A stretch of 64,000 bases of DNA from a bacterium (GTDB taxonomy: Bacteria; UBA8248). The DNA lies in NCBI GenBank assembly GCA_965213685.1, contig CBDBZY010000031.1, forward strand, positions 256,001 to 320,000, written 5' to 3'. Shown piece after piece: positions 19,334-29,393 of the stretch. Positions within the stretch are counted from its first letter, which is position 1. Each line of letters opens with the position of its first letter. The notes beneath the pieces were generated by a model. It searched no databases. It had not been told where the DNA came from and worked only from the letters and a program-made list of their open reading frames with translations. Made by a program: the position numbers and the translations under genes.

Positions 19334-21166
19334 TTAAAATTGGCCTTCCACAAACTTCCGGCGAAGGCGGTTGCGGATCATGATGGCGGAAGCGTTCATG
19401 AAGGCGATGATCGCTATCAACAGAAGCGTCGTGACGAACACCATCGGTTTTCCGGCCTCCGAGTTGCGGGACTGGAATCCCACGTCGTAAATGTGGAAGC
19501 CCAGGTGCATGAAGCTCCTCTCCGGGTGGAGGAACGGAAAGAAGCCGTCGAAGGGAAGCTCGGGCGCCAGCTTCACCACCCCCACGAGCATGAGGGGTGC
19601 CACCTCGCCCGCACCGCGCGCCATCGCGAGAATCAGGCCGGTCATGATGCCCGGCATGGCCTGGGGCAGGACGATGTTCCGGATGGTCTGCCACTTCGAG
19701 GCACCGCAGGCGAGGGAGCCCTCCCGCATGGAGCGGGGAACGGCCGCGAGCGCCTCCTCGGTCGCCACGATGACGACGGGAACGGTGAGGAGCGCCAGCG
19801 TCAGGGACGCCCACAGCAGCCCCCCCGTCCCGAACGTCGGGTTGGGGAGGCGCTCCGGATAAAACAGCTGGTCGATTCTGACGCCGACGGTGTAGGCGAA
19901 GAACCCGAGGCCGAACACGCCGTAGACGATGGAAGGCACCCCGGCCAGGTTGTTCACGCAGATGCGCACGACGGAGACCAGCGTCCCCTGCCGGGCGTAT
20001 TCGCGCAGGTAGAGGGCCGTGATGACGCCGAAGGGGGCGACGAAGACCACCATGAGCAGCGTCATCATGACGGTGCCGAATATCGCCGGCAGAACGCCGC
20101 CCTCGGTGTTCGCCTCGCGCGGGTCGTCCGTCAGGAACTCCGCCCAGCGGGAGAGGTAGACGCCCATCTTGCCCGGGAATGAAAGGCGATTCGCCGGATA
20201 GATGCGCACCACCTCGGAGAGCCGTATGTTCTTCTCGCGGCCGCCGACCTCCCGGAGGGTGATCGTGTGCTTCTCATCCTCCGCGTTGATCGAGGCGATT
20301 CTCCTTTTCAGCGCGGAGAACCCGCCCCGCATCTCCCGCGTCCGCCGGTCGAACCTCTCCTTCTCGGCGCGGTACGCCTCGCTGTCCTTCCCGTGGTCCA
20401 GCGCCGTGCGGCGCAGGGCGAGCCGCTCCTTCTCGATGTAGTAGTTGATGGCGCCTATCTCGTCCGCCTCGATGGAGCGGATTTCGCTCCTGCGCCCGAG
20501 CGCCCGGGCGTGGGCGGCGGACAATTCGGCCAGGGAGACGTTCTCCCCCGGGATGCTGCGGCCGTCGACCTGCAGGGTCTGGATGAAGCCGATGAACGGC
20601 CCCCACTCCCTCCGTTCGACGAAGAAGATGCCGGGCGGCGTCTCGGCCCGGGCGACGTGGTGCTCGCTCGCCCACTTGAAGTCCTCGTTGTAGATGTCGA
20701 AATTCCCGATCCGATAGAGCGTGCGGACCGCGAATCCGCCGGCCGCCCGGACGGCGCGTCGAGACGGCGCGTCGAGACCCTTCCACTGCTCGGGAGAGGG
20801 ACGGAAGCGCTCCGATCGAAACGGCTCCCCGGCGATGCGCTCGCCGCTTTTGAGCGTGAGCACCCGCACCGGGCCCGGGTAGAACGTCACGATGCCGTTC
20901 CAGAGAACCAGCGCGAGGAAGCCCGCGATCATCAGGACGCCGAGGGCGAGCGCACCGCCCATGATCCAGATGAGGGGCTCGCCCCTGGCCTGGAAGTCCA
21001 GCGCCATCCCGAGGCCGCGCCCGGGGGGGCTTTTCTCTCCCCCGGCGCCCCGCTTCTCCGGGAGAGTGCCCGCGTCGTGGTTCTCCGACTCCGCCTTCCG
21101 CACCGGAGCCCGCGCCTTGGGAGCACCCTTCGGTTTTTTGGGCTTTTTGGGTTTTTTCGCCTTCAT
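19334..21166 (-). CDS. pstA: Phosphate ABC permease PstA (long form)
   Basis: PREANTEGGVLPAIFGT, NLAGVPSIVYG, ARGAGEVAPL; start approximate. Confidence 0.93.
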   Translation of the reverse strand: MKAKKPKKPKKPKGAPKARAPVRKAESENHDAGTLPEKRGAGGEKSPPGRGLGMALDFQARGEPLIWIMGGALALGVLMIAGFLALVLWNGIVTFYPGPVRVLTLKSGERIAGEPFRSERFRPSPEQWKGLDAPSRRAVRAAGGFAVRTLYRIGNFDIYNEDFKWASEHHVARAETPPGIFFVERREWGPFIGFIQTLQVDGRSIPGENVSLAELSAAHARALGRRSEIRSIEADEIGAINYYIEKERLALRRTALDHGKDSEAYRAEKERFDRRTREMRGGFSALKRRIASINAEDEKHTITLREVGGREKNIRLSEVVRIYPANRLSFPGKMGVYLSRWAEFLTDDPREANTEGGVLPAIFGTVMMTLLMVVFVAPFGVITALYLREYARQGTLVSVVRICVNNLAGVPSIVYGVFGLGFFAYTVGVRIDQLFYPERLPNPTFGTGGLLWASLTLALLTVPVVIVATEEALAAVPRSMREGSLACGASKWQTIRNIVLPQAMPGIMTGLILAMARGAGEVAPLMLVGVVKLAPELPFDGFFPFLHPERSFMHLGFHIYDVGFQSRNSEAGKPMVFVTTLLLIAIIAFMNASAIMIRNRLRRKFVEGQF

Positions 21167-21173
21167 CCGTCCC

Positions 21174-23810
21174 TCACAGCTGCGCGGCGCGCTTCCGGAA
21201 ACGGAGCCGCACCACCTCCGCCACCGTGTTGACGACAAACGTCATCGCGAACAGGACGAGCGCCGCGAGGAACAGCACGCGGTAGAGCGTCCCGTCCTTG
21301 ACGGCCTCGGGAAGCTCCACGGCGATGTTCGCCGAAAGCGCCCGCAGGCCGGAGAAGACGTTCCAGTCCAGAACCGGCGTGTTGCCCGCCGCCATGACGA
21401 CGATCATGGTTTCGCCCACCGCGCGCCCCATCCCGATCATCACGGCGGCGAAAATCCCGCTGGCGGCGGTGGGCAGGATGACCCAAAGCGCCGTCTGCCA
21501 CGGCGTCGCGCCGCAGGCGAGGCTCGCCGCCCGGAGGTGGGCCGGAACGGAATTGAGCGCGTCCTCGGCGATGGTGTAGATGATGGGAATGACCGCGAAG
21601 CCCATCGCGAAGCCCACGACGAGGGAGTTGCGCTGGACGTAGGTGTCGATGACGCCGCCGCGCGCGTCGAAGCCGAGCGTCGCGAGCACCGCCGCCGTCG
21701 CCCAGCTCAGCAGGGCGGCGGCGACCAGCGTCCCGCCCCAGCGGAGGAGCTCGAGGGAGGCGGCCCGCGCGTGCGGCATCCGCCGGGCCCTCCGCCTCCA
21801 CCCGACCCCGAAAAGCCGCTCGGCGGCGAGGGCGACGCCCAGAAACGACAGTGGCAGGAAGATGAAGAACAGCATCGGCGTCGCCAGCCCGACGTTCCCG
21901 TTGGTCCAGGCCTTGAAGTCGCCGCCAAAGAAAAATCTCTCAAACCCCGGCCCGAGCCGGTAGCCGAGCAGCGCGCCAAGAATGATGACCGCGAAAAGCA
22001 GGGCAACTTTGGGAAATCCCGACAACGGCAGGGAGATGCGGGGCGGCATCAACTGCCAGAGATAGGCCGAGAGCAGCAAAAGAAAGGGGATGAGCATGAA
22101 CGTGAGGAGCACCGCCGCAATCCACGTTTCCACGATGGGCGCCAGAATCAGGGCGGCCACGAAGCCGAGCACCACCGAGGGGAGCGAGGCCATCATCTCC
22201 ATGGCGGGCTTCACGGCGGAGCGAATTTCCGGGCCGATGAACTCGGAGGTAAAAATGGCGCCCAGCACCGCGATGGGTATCGCGAAGAGCAGGGAATAGA
22301 CCGTCCCCTTGATGGTTCCGAATATCAGGGGGATGAGCGATATTTTCTCCTCGAACGCATCGTCTCCCGAGGAGGATTGCCAGGTGTATTCCGGCTTCGG
22401 GTAGCCCTCGTACCAAACCTTGCCGAACAAGGTCCGCCAGGTCGTCTCCGGGTGCTCGGCCGAGATTCTCCAGAAATTCACCGCGCCGGTCTGATCCGCC
22501 GCGACGACCGCGTCATCGCGGGGAGCGAGGCGGACGAAGCGCCTGGCGTCCCCCATGCCCTTCACCCGAAACCGCAAGAGGGTCGCCTCGCTCGTGGAGT
22601 GGCGCAGCCAAACGCCTCCGCCGGAATCCATGGTGACGAACATCCGGCTCCTCTGGGAGGCGGAAAAACCCGAAACGCGCCCGGCGTGCCCGTCGAGTTC
22701 GTGGGCGCGCACCATCACCTGGCCGTCCGGCGTCGTCGCCCCGGGCCGGCGGGTGCGGAAAAAGACGTTGAGGGAACCCCGGGAGCCTCCGGCGACGACG
22801 GCCTCCTCGCCGATGAGGAAATCGAACGAGGTCAATCTCTCGCCGGCGGGCAGGAGGTCCTGCTTCTCCACGAGGGAGACGGCGTCGAAATTTCTCGCGT
22901 CGTAGCGCAGGAGAACCCCGCTTTCGACGCCGATGTAGACCGCGTCGGCCTTCTCCGTGAGGAGGATTCCCAGGACGCGCGCCCGGCGGGGCAAATCGGG
23001 GAGCGCCACGCTCATCACCGATGAGGCGGACAGGCCCGTCAGGAGGTTGACTTTGGTCTGCGTCAAGCTCAGGCGCGCCACGCCCTGCGCGTCCACCGTG
23101 GCGAAGGAGATGCTCGGGCGCTCCGGCGTCCCCCCCACCTTGTAGTCGAGGTTGGCGATGGGGACTCCCCGCGGCGCCACCTGCTGGGGCTCCCTGATTT
23201 GCGCCTCCACCCAAATTTTTCGGACCTGCGCGCCCGGAATCCTGGAAAAAACAGACCGGCCGTCGGTAGAATCCCGCTCGTCGATTCTGGCGAGACCGCC
23301 GGGCGCCCCCCCGGGGGGCAGCACCTGCGTGCGAAAACGGATTTTCCCGAAGCGCACCGTTCCGTCGGCGAAGCCGAAGGCGACGTTCCCTCCCTTGAGC
23401 GTTCGCGCGAAGGCGGTCGCGCGCGCCCCCCCGAAATCCAGTTTCCAGGGCTGGAGCGGTTTTCCCGTAGACGCATGGACGGGGGTCAGGGTGCCGTCTG
23501 CGGAAACCAGGACGGCCACGCTGTTGTATTCGTCCACCTCCACGCTGAGGAGAGCGCCCGGGGGAGGGGGGATCTGGAAGGAGGTCGCGTAGAGCAGCTT
23601 CTCTCCGGCGAACAGCGGAAGCGCCACGGCCACGAGGAACGCCATGATTCCCAGGACGGCCAGAATCACGAACAGCCCGCCGACGGTGATCACCTTGCCG
23701 ACGACCTTGTCCATGAGCCGGACGGAGCGCCTCGTGCTCAACTCCCTCCTCCTGCGCCGGCGCCTCTCCTGGCTCGCGTCGTCTGCGTCTGAAACCGGGC
23801 GGTCGCTCAT
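21174..23810 (-). CDS. pstC: Phosphate ABC permease PstC (long form with large extracytoplasmic domain)
   Basis: KVWYEGY..PEYTWQSS, ASLPSVVLGF, GRAVGETMIV. Confidence 0.93.
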   Translation of the reverse strand: MSDRPVSDADDASQERRRRRRRELSTRRSVRLMDKVVGKVITVGGLFVILAVLGIMAFLVAVALPLFAGEKLLYATSFQIPPPPGALLSVEVDEYNSVAVLVSADGTLTPVHASTGKPLQPWKLDFGGARATAFARTLKGGNVAFGFADGTVRFGKIRFRTQVLPPGGAPGGLARIDERDSTDGRSVFSRIPGAQVRKIWVEAQIREPQQVAPRGVPIANLDYKVGGTPERPSISFATVDAQGVARLSLTQTKVNLLTGLSASSVMSVALPDLPRRARVLGILLTEKADAVYIGVESGVLLRYDARNFDAVSLVEKQDLLPAGERLTSFDFLIGEEAVVAGGSRGSLNVFFRTRRPGATTPDGQVMVRAHELDGHAGRVSGFSASQRSRMFVTMDSGGGVWLRHSTSEATLLRFRVKGMGDARRFVRLAPRDDAVVAADQTGAVNFWRISAEHPETTWRTLFGKVWYEGYPKPEYTWQSSSGDDAFEEKISLIPLIFGTIKGTVYSLLFAIPIAVLGAIFTSEFIGPEIRSAVKPAMEMMASLPSVVLGFVAALILAPIVETWIAAVLLTFMLIPFLLLLSAYLWQLMPPRISLPLSGFPKVALLFAVIILGALLGYRLGPGFERFFFGGDFKAWTNGNVGLATPMLFFIFLPLSFLGVALAAERLFGVGWRRRARRMPHARAASLELLRWGGTLVAAALLSWATAAVLATLGFDARGGVIDTYVQRNSLVVGFAMGFAVIPIIYTIAEDALNSVPAHLRAASLACGATPWQTALWVILPTAASGIFAAVMIGMGRAVGETMIVVMAAGNTPVLDWNVFSGLRALSANIAVELPEAVKDGTLYRVLFLAALVLFAMTFVVNTVAEVVRLRFRKRAAQL

Positions 23811-23912
23811 GTCCCTCCTCGTCCAGTCAAGAAAGCGGCGGGGGGACGACGAGTCGGCCCCCCTCGTCCCCGCCGCTGCTGGAGGTTGCGAGAAGAAAAT
23901 CCCTCTTCTTTC

Positions 23913-24923
23913 CTAGTTGCTTCCCAGCCCGAGGCCAAGGGCGCCCAGGTCCCGCTCGGCGATGGCGGCGTTCACGGGGAAGAAGCCCGCCTTGATGACG
24001 GCCTGCTGACCGGCCTGGGAGAAGATGTATTTCACGAACTGGGCGCGCAGGGGGTCGAGTGCCCGGTTCGGGTTCTTGTTGACGTAGATGTAGAGGAAGC
24101 GCGCAATCGGGTAGTTGCCGGAATAGGCTTCCTTCGCCACGGGATTGTAGCACCTGGCGCCCGTCTTCTGGGAGATCGGCAGCGCGATGACGTCCGCGGT
24201 TTTGTAGCCGATGCCGGAGTAGCCAATGGCGAACTTGTCGGACGCCACGCCCTGCACCACCGCCGAGGAGCCGGGCTGCTCCTTGACGGAGTCCTTGAAG
24301 TCGCCCTTGAAGAGCGCCACCTTCTTGAAGTAGCCGTAGGTGCCGGAGGCCGAGTTGCGGCCGTAGACGGAAATCGGCTTGCTCGCCCACGCGCCCGAGA
24401 GGCCGGCCTGCCCCCAGGTGTCGACGCTCTCCCTCACGCCGCCCTTGCGGGTCTTGGAGAAGATGGCGTCCACCTGCTGGAGGCTCAGGCACTCGAGGGG
24501 GTTGTCCTTGTTCGTGAAAACGGCCAGGGCGTCCACGGCGACGCGGATGACGCCGGGCTTGTAGCCGAACCTTTCCTCAAAAGCGTCCACTTCCTTGGAC
24601 TTCATGGCGCGGGACATCGGGCCGAAGTTGGAGGTTCCGGCGATGAGGGCGGGAGGCGCCGTGGAGGAGCCTTTCCCCTCTATCTCGATCTTCACGTCCG
24701 GATAGGCGCGCTTGAACCCCTCGGCCCAAAGCGTCATCAGGTTGTTCAGCGTATCCGAACCCACGGATTTCACGTTGCCGGAAACGCCGCTGGTCGCCTT
24801 GTAGACGGGCAATTTCGGGTCCACCACCAGGGCGGCACCGGCGGGCTGCGCAACGAGGGCGAAGCCAATCACGGCGGCGAGGGCAAAGCCCCAAACTCTC
24901 GAACACCTGCTTGCTGCGGACAT
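23913..24923 (-). CDS. pstS: Phosphate-binding protein PstS
   Basis: VGSDTL, EGKGSSTAPPAL, GRNSASGTYGYF, YPIARFLYIY. Confidence 0.95.
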   Translation of the reverse strand: MSAASRCSRVWGFALAAVIGFALVAQPAGAALVVDPKLPVYKATSGVSGNVKSVGSDTLNNLMTLWAEGFKRAYPDVKIEIEGKGSSTAPPALIAGTSNFGPMSRAMKSKEVDAFEERFGYKPGVIRVAVDALAVFTNKDNPLECLSLQQVDAIFSKTRKGGVRESVDTWGQAGLSGAWASKPISVYGRNSASGTYGYFKKVALFKGDFKDSVKEQPGSSAVVQGVASDKFAIGYSGIGYKTADVIALPISQKTGARCYNPVAKEAYSGNYPIARFLYIYVNKNPNRALDPLRAQFVKYIFSQAGQQAVIKAGFFPVNAAIAERDLGALGLGLGSN

Positions 24924-25161
24924 CTCTCATCTCCTTAATCGACGGGCCAAAGCCTACAGGAAAACCGAAGAACCTTGGTGCTACATTCTCTTGCCTTTGT
25001 TGCCTTTGACATTCTCTGCGCGCCAAAACAGCGCACTTGCCGCAACACCCTTCCCCTGCACAATCGCCAGCGCCCGAAGAACGGCTTCGCCTGCTTGGCG
25101 GCCGCATCGAGCGGCCATGAGTGTAAGCACTCTCCTCAGCGATTCGTCTCCAGGCGCGGGA

Positions 25162-25206
25162 ACTATAGGGGAACCGGCGGGGAGAAATGTGGCAAAAGGG
25201 TGTCAA
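25162..25206 (-). promoter_or_regulatory. Putative Pho box with -10 element upstream of pstS
   Basis: 11-bp periodic half-sites TTGACAC-n4-TTGCCAC-n4-CTCCCCG, then 10 bp, then TATAGT. Confidence 0.55.
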
Positions 25207-27009
25207 TTCCGTGATTTTTCGGCGAAACCAGAGGGAGGAGAGGGGATGGTGAAGCGGAAGGTGGCGCCCCGGCCCGGCGCGCTCTCGACCCACACGTCCC
25301 CGCCCATCTCCTGCACAAGATGCTTCACGATGGAGAGTCCGAGGCCGGTGCCCCCGTTCTGCCGGGAGCGGGCCGAATCCACCCGGTAGAATCGCTCGAA
25401 TATACGTGGAAGGTGCTCGGGGGGGATTCCCTCTCCGCAGTCGGCCACCGAAACCTCGACGAATCCATCCGCGCGCCGATGGGCGGAAACCTTGATTTCG
25501 CCCCCCTCGGGGCTGTAGTGCACGGCGTTCTCCGCCAGGTTGATCAGAATCCTCTCCAGTGCCGCCGGGTCCGCCCAAACCTGATCCGCCTCCCCGGCAA
25601 ACGCCTCCTCCAGGCGAACGCCCCTCTGCTCGACGATGGGCGCCAGGGTATGCGCGGCGGCGTCCATCGCCCCGCGCAGGGAGGCCCTCTCGGGCTGAAC
25701 GTGCTCTTCTTTCGACTCTATCTTGCCCAGCTCCAGGAGGTCCTCCACCAGGGACGAGAGGCGGCGGGCGTGGCGGGTGATGGTCGAGGCGAACCGGCGC
25801 GTCGCCTCCGGGTCCGCCGACGCGGCGCCCTGAAGCGTCTCGGACGCCCACTGTATCGCCGTCAAAGGCGTGCGCAACTCGTGGGAGACGTTCGAGGTGA
25901 ACTCCCGCCGGACTCCGGCGAGTCGCTTGATCTCCGTGATGTCGTGAAACACAAGCACCAGGCCCGATTCATTTTCCGCCCGCTGCCGCTTGGCGTGCAG
26001 GGTCAGCGCGCGGGCGGGGAGAACTTCCACCTCCCGCTCCATCCGAGCCGCCGGGCGCGAGAGCATCTCCCGCACCGCCTCCTGCACCTCGGTGGAGCGC
26101 ACGGCCTCCAGGGGGATGGGCGCGCCATCCTCCAGGCGCGGGAGCGAGGGGAAGAAATCCCGGAACGCGGAGTTCACGAGGAGGATGTCTCCGGCGGCGT
26201 CCGTGACCATGACGCCCTCGGTCATCCCCTCCAGGATCGCCTCGAGGCGGTCGCGCTCGTAGCGCAGTTCGTTGAGGCGGGCCTCCACCTCCGAGGCGAG
26301 CCTGTCCATCGTCCGTGCGAGCGCTCCCAACTCGTCGGTGCGCCGGGAGGCGATCCGATGGCTGAAGTCGCCCCCGGAGATTTTCTCCACGGCGCCGTAG
26401 ATGTCGGCGAACTCCCGCCGCACGATCGCGCCCGCCCCGAAGCTGACCGCTATGGCGAGCAGGAACGCGAACGCTCCGGCCACGAGGAGGAGGCCCCGCA
26501 TCTTGCCGATCGCGCCCTCGATTTCCCGGAGATCCATCGCCAGGCGCACCACGCCCCCGGAAACCGGGCCCCCCCTCTATCGGAAGGGCGAGGTAGAGCA
26601 GGTCCCTGCCGACCGTCCGGCTGTGCCGGATGCGCGCGCCCATCCCCCGCGCCCGGGCCGCGACGACTTCGGGCCGGGCGGCGTAGCTCCCGGCCTCCCC
26701 GAACCCCTCGAGGGCGAGGGCGGAATCCCCGAGCAGGCGCCCCTCGGCAGAGATGACCGTCACCCGCACGCCGAGTGCGCGGCCGATCTCATCGGCGAGT
26801 CCATCCATCGGATGGCTCCCGAAACCCGCCGAAGGCAGCGCGACCAGCTGGCGACGGACGAGGCGGGCGTTGCGGGCGAGGTTCTCCTTCGCCTGTTCCA
26901 TCAACTGCGCGGAGAGGCCGAAATGGACGTAGACGATCCCCGCCGCGAACACCAGGGTGATGACCACCAGGTAGCTCGACGTCAGCTTCTTGTAGAAGGA
27001 CCTGCGCAT
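25203..27009 (-). pseudogene. phoR: Sensor histidine kinase PhoR, split by a one-base frameshift (real or sequencing error)
   Basis: N-terminal TM/sensor part in ORF 25969..27009; HAMP, PAS, H-box NVSHELRTPL, N and G boxes in ORF 25203..26552; frames join at G5/G7 runs 26554-26575. Confidence 0.85.
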
Positions 27010-27041
27010 GCGCCGCGTTTCCCCCCAAGCGTCGGGGAGGG

Positions 27042-27737
27042 CTATTCTTCGGACATTTTCCGGAACCGGTATCCCACGCCCCGCAGCGTCTCTATCATCT
27101 CCCCCGCCAGGCCGAGCTTCTCGCGGAGGCGGCGGACATACGTGTCCACGGTGCGCGGGGTGACGAACTTGTCCTCTCCCCAGATCATGTCGAGCAATTC
27201 GTCGCGACTCCGGGCGTGCCCGGGGTGGGCCGCCAGGCGGTGCAAAAGGCGGAACTCCGTCGCCGTCAGGGGAATCGGGCGCCCGTCCACCGTCGCCTCA
27301 TGCTGTGCGGGGTCGATGGCGAGCGCACCGCGCCGGAGTGCCCTGCCCGCCGCCTCCGCCGACGCCCCGGAGCGCGCGAGCACGGCCTTCACCCGCAGGA
27401 TCACCTCCCGGATGTTGAAGGGCTTGGTCACGTAATCGTCCGCCCCCAGCTCGAAGCCGACGATGCGGTCCACCTCCTCGCCCTTGGCGGTCAGCATGAT
27501 GACGGCCAGGCGATCCAGGGAGGAGGCGCGCCGGATATAGCGGCAAATCTCCAGGCCGGACATGTCGGGCAACATCAGATCCAGAATCACCAGATGAATC
27601 GACTCCCCCTGGAGTGCCCGCAAGGCCTCCTCCCCGTCGGACGCGCCCACCGCGTCGAACCCCTCCGCGTCGAGGTTGTAGAGCAGCAGCTCGCGAATGT
27701 CGGACTCATCTTCCACAACGAGAATTCTTTGGGCCAA
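27042..27737 (-). CDS. phoB: OmpR/PhoB-family response regulator
   Basis: ILVVEDE, DLMLP, GADDYVTKPF, RTVDTYVRRLREKL, RGVGY; upstream of phoR and pst; TTG start inferred from RBS. Confidence 0.9.
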   Translation of the reverse strand: MAQRILVVEDESDIRELLLYNLDAEGFDAVGASDGEEALRALQGESIHLVILDLMLPDMSGLEICRYIRRASSLDRLAVIMLTAKGEEVDRIVGFELGADDYVTKPFNIREVILRVKAVLARSGASAEAAGRALRRGALAIDPAQHEATVDGRPIPLTATEFRLLHRLAAHPGHARSRDELLDMIWGEDKFVTPRTVDTYVRRLREKLGLAGEMIETLRGVGYRFRKMSEE

Positions 27738-28020
27738 CTTCCTCTCTCCCGCACTCCGCCCGAGGGTGCCCCGTCCATCCGAACGATACTTTGTCCTCAT
27801 AATGAATTGCTCCCGCAAATTCAACCACGGGGAAAAAACGGGGAACCTCCGCGCCCGTCTCCGGATCGCATCCGGCAGGGGAGCGGGATAGCGGAGCGGC
27901 GGGGAGGCCGTCGGGTCTCCGACAGCCCTGCGAAACGGACGAATGGACGAACGGAGATTAAGATTTGAAAAATCATGGCCAGCCGTGCATAATACGCGAC
28001 AAAAGAAAAAATGTGCGCAC

Positions 28021-28049
28021 TTGAAAACGGGAGCGAACCCCTACATAAT
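28021..28049 (+). promoter_or_regulatory. Sigma70-like promoter for the sugar ABC operon
   Basis: TTGAAA-17 bp-CATAAT. Confidence 0.4.
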
Positions 28050-28145
28050 GCGGGGTTCAGGGCACAAGCATTTGGCGGCGTCGCGCGTTGGTTTTTCGAT
28101 GACGATGTTCGCTTGAGCATCCGATTTCCAAAGGGGAAGTTCGCG

Positions 28146-29219
28146 GTGGCATCCATCACGCTTCGGGACCTGGTCAAGAAATTCGGCGAAAACGTCACCG
28201 CGGTCGCGGGCGTCAACCTCGAGGTGATTGACGGGGAGTTCATGGTGGTGGTCGGGCCCTCGGGCTGCGGAAAAACCACCACGCTCAACATGATCTCCGG
28301 GTTCGAGGAGCCCACGAGCGGCACGATATCGATAGGCGACCGCGTGGTGAACCACCTCGACCCCGGGGATCGCGGCCTGGGCATGGTGTTTCAGGATCTC
28401 GCCCTGTTTCCGCACATGAGCGTCTTCGAGAACATCGCCTTCGGTCTGCGCGTGGAGAAGGTGGCGGACGCGCAGGTGCGAGAGCGGGTCTCGACAGTCG
28501 CCCGTACCATGAAGATAGCCCATCTGCTCTCCAAGAAACCCGCCCAGTGCTCCGGAGGCGAAGCCCAGCGCGTGGCGCTGGCGCGAACGCTCGTGACCGA
28601 GCCGGAAGTGCTGCTCATGGACGAGCCGCTCTCCAGCCTCGACGCCAAGCTGCGCATCGAGATGCGAACGGAGCTCAAGCGCCTGCACGAGGAGCTGAAG
28701 TCCACCTTCGTCTACGTCACCCACGACCAGGCCGAGGCCATGACGATGGCGGACCGCATCATGGTCATGGAGAGCGGGCACGTCCAGCAGATCGACACGC
28801 CGCTCGGAATATACAGAAAACCGCTGAACCAGTTCGTCGGCACGTTCTTCGGCCAGCCGACGATGAACGTCATCTCCGGGCGCGTGGAGCGCGCCGGCGG
28901 AACGAAATTCGTGTCCGAGCATTTCAATATGCCCCTCGCACCGGACGCCGCGCCCGCAGCCGGCGCGGGACGGACGCTCCGCCTCGGGGTGCGCTCGGAA
29001 AACGTGACCATCGGGGGGGAGGGCGCGCCCGGCGAGGTCCGCCTCATCGAGCCGATGGGAGACGAAACGCTCATCTTCTTCTCCTGCGGGGATGAGGAGT
29101 TCCTCGTGGCCAAGGTGGACGCCGAGCGCGCGTTCCGTCCCGGCGAGAAAATCCGCTTTCACTTCCAGGCGAGCGGCATCCACTTTTTCGACGCCGAGAG
29201 CGGGTTGCGGCTGGAGTAG
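28146..29219 (+). CDS. CUT1 sugar ABC ATPase (MalK-like)
   Basis: GPSGCGKTT, MVFQDLALFPHMSV, LMDEPLSSLDAKLR, TOBE-like C-terminus. Confidence 0.9.
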   Translation: MASITLRDLVKKFGENVTAVAGVNLEVIDGEFMVVVGPSGCGKTTTLNMISGFEEPTSGTISIGDRVVNHLDPGDRGLGMVFQDLALFPHMSVFENIAFGLRVEKVADAQVRERVSTVARTMKIAHLLSKKPAQCSGGEAQRVALARTLVTEPEVLLMDEPLSSLDAKLRIEMRTELKRLHEELKSTFVYVTHDQAEAMTMADRIMVMESGHVQQIDTPLGIYRKPLNQFVGTFFGQPTMNVISGRVERAGGTKFVSEHFNMPLAPDAAPAAGAGRTLRLGVRSENVTIGGEGAPGEVRLIEPMGDETLIFFSCGDEEFLVAKVDAERAFRPGEKIRFHFQASGIHFFDAESGLRLE

Positions 29220-29393
29220 GAGCAGGCTGGAATAGGATCAATCAAGGACCCGCGCGCCGCCTATACTATAAGGAGGAAGCGCAGGAACGCTGGCATGCCG
29301 AGAGGAGCAAACGGGACTCGAGGCTCTCGTGTTTGACCACGGCGATTACGGCACAAGTCATCGCCTTTCTTTCTCATGGAGGGAGGAATCAAG

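Noticed and set aside
21115-21166. Lys/Pro repeat (KKPKKPKKPK) at the PstA N-terminus
   Set aside because: Low-complexity tail, in frame, with no sign of function.
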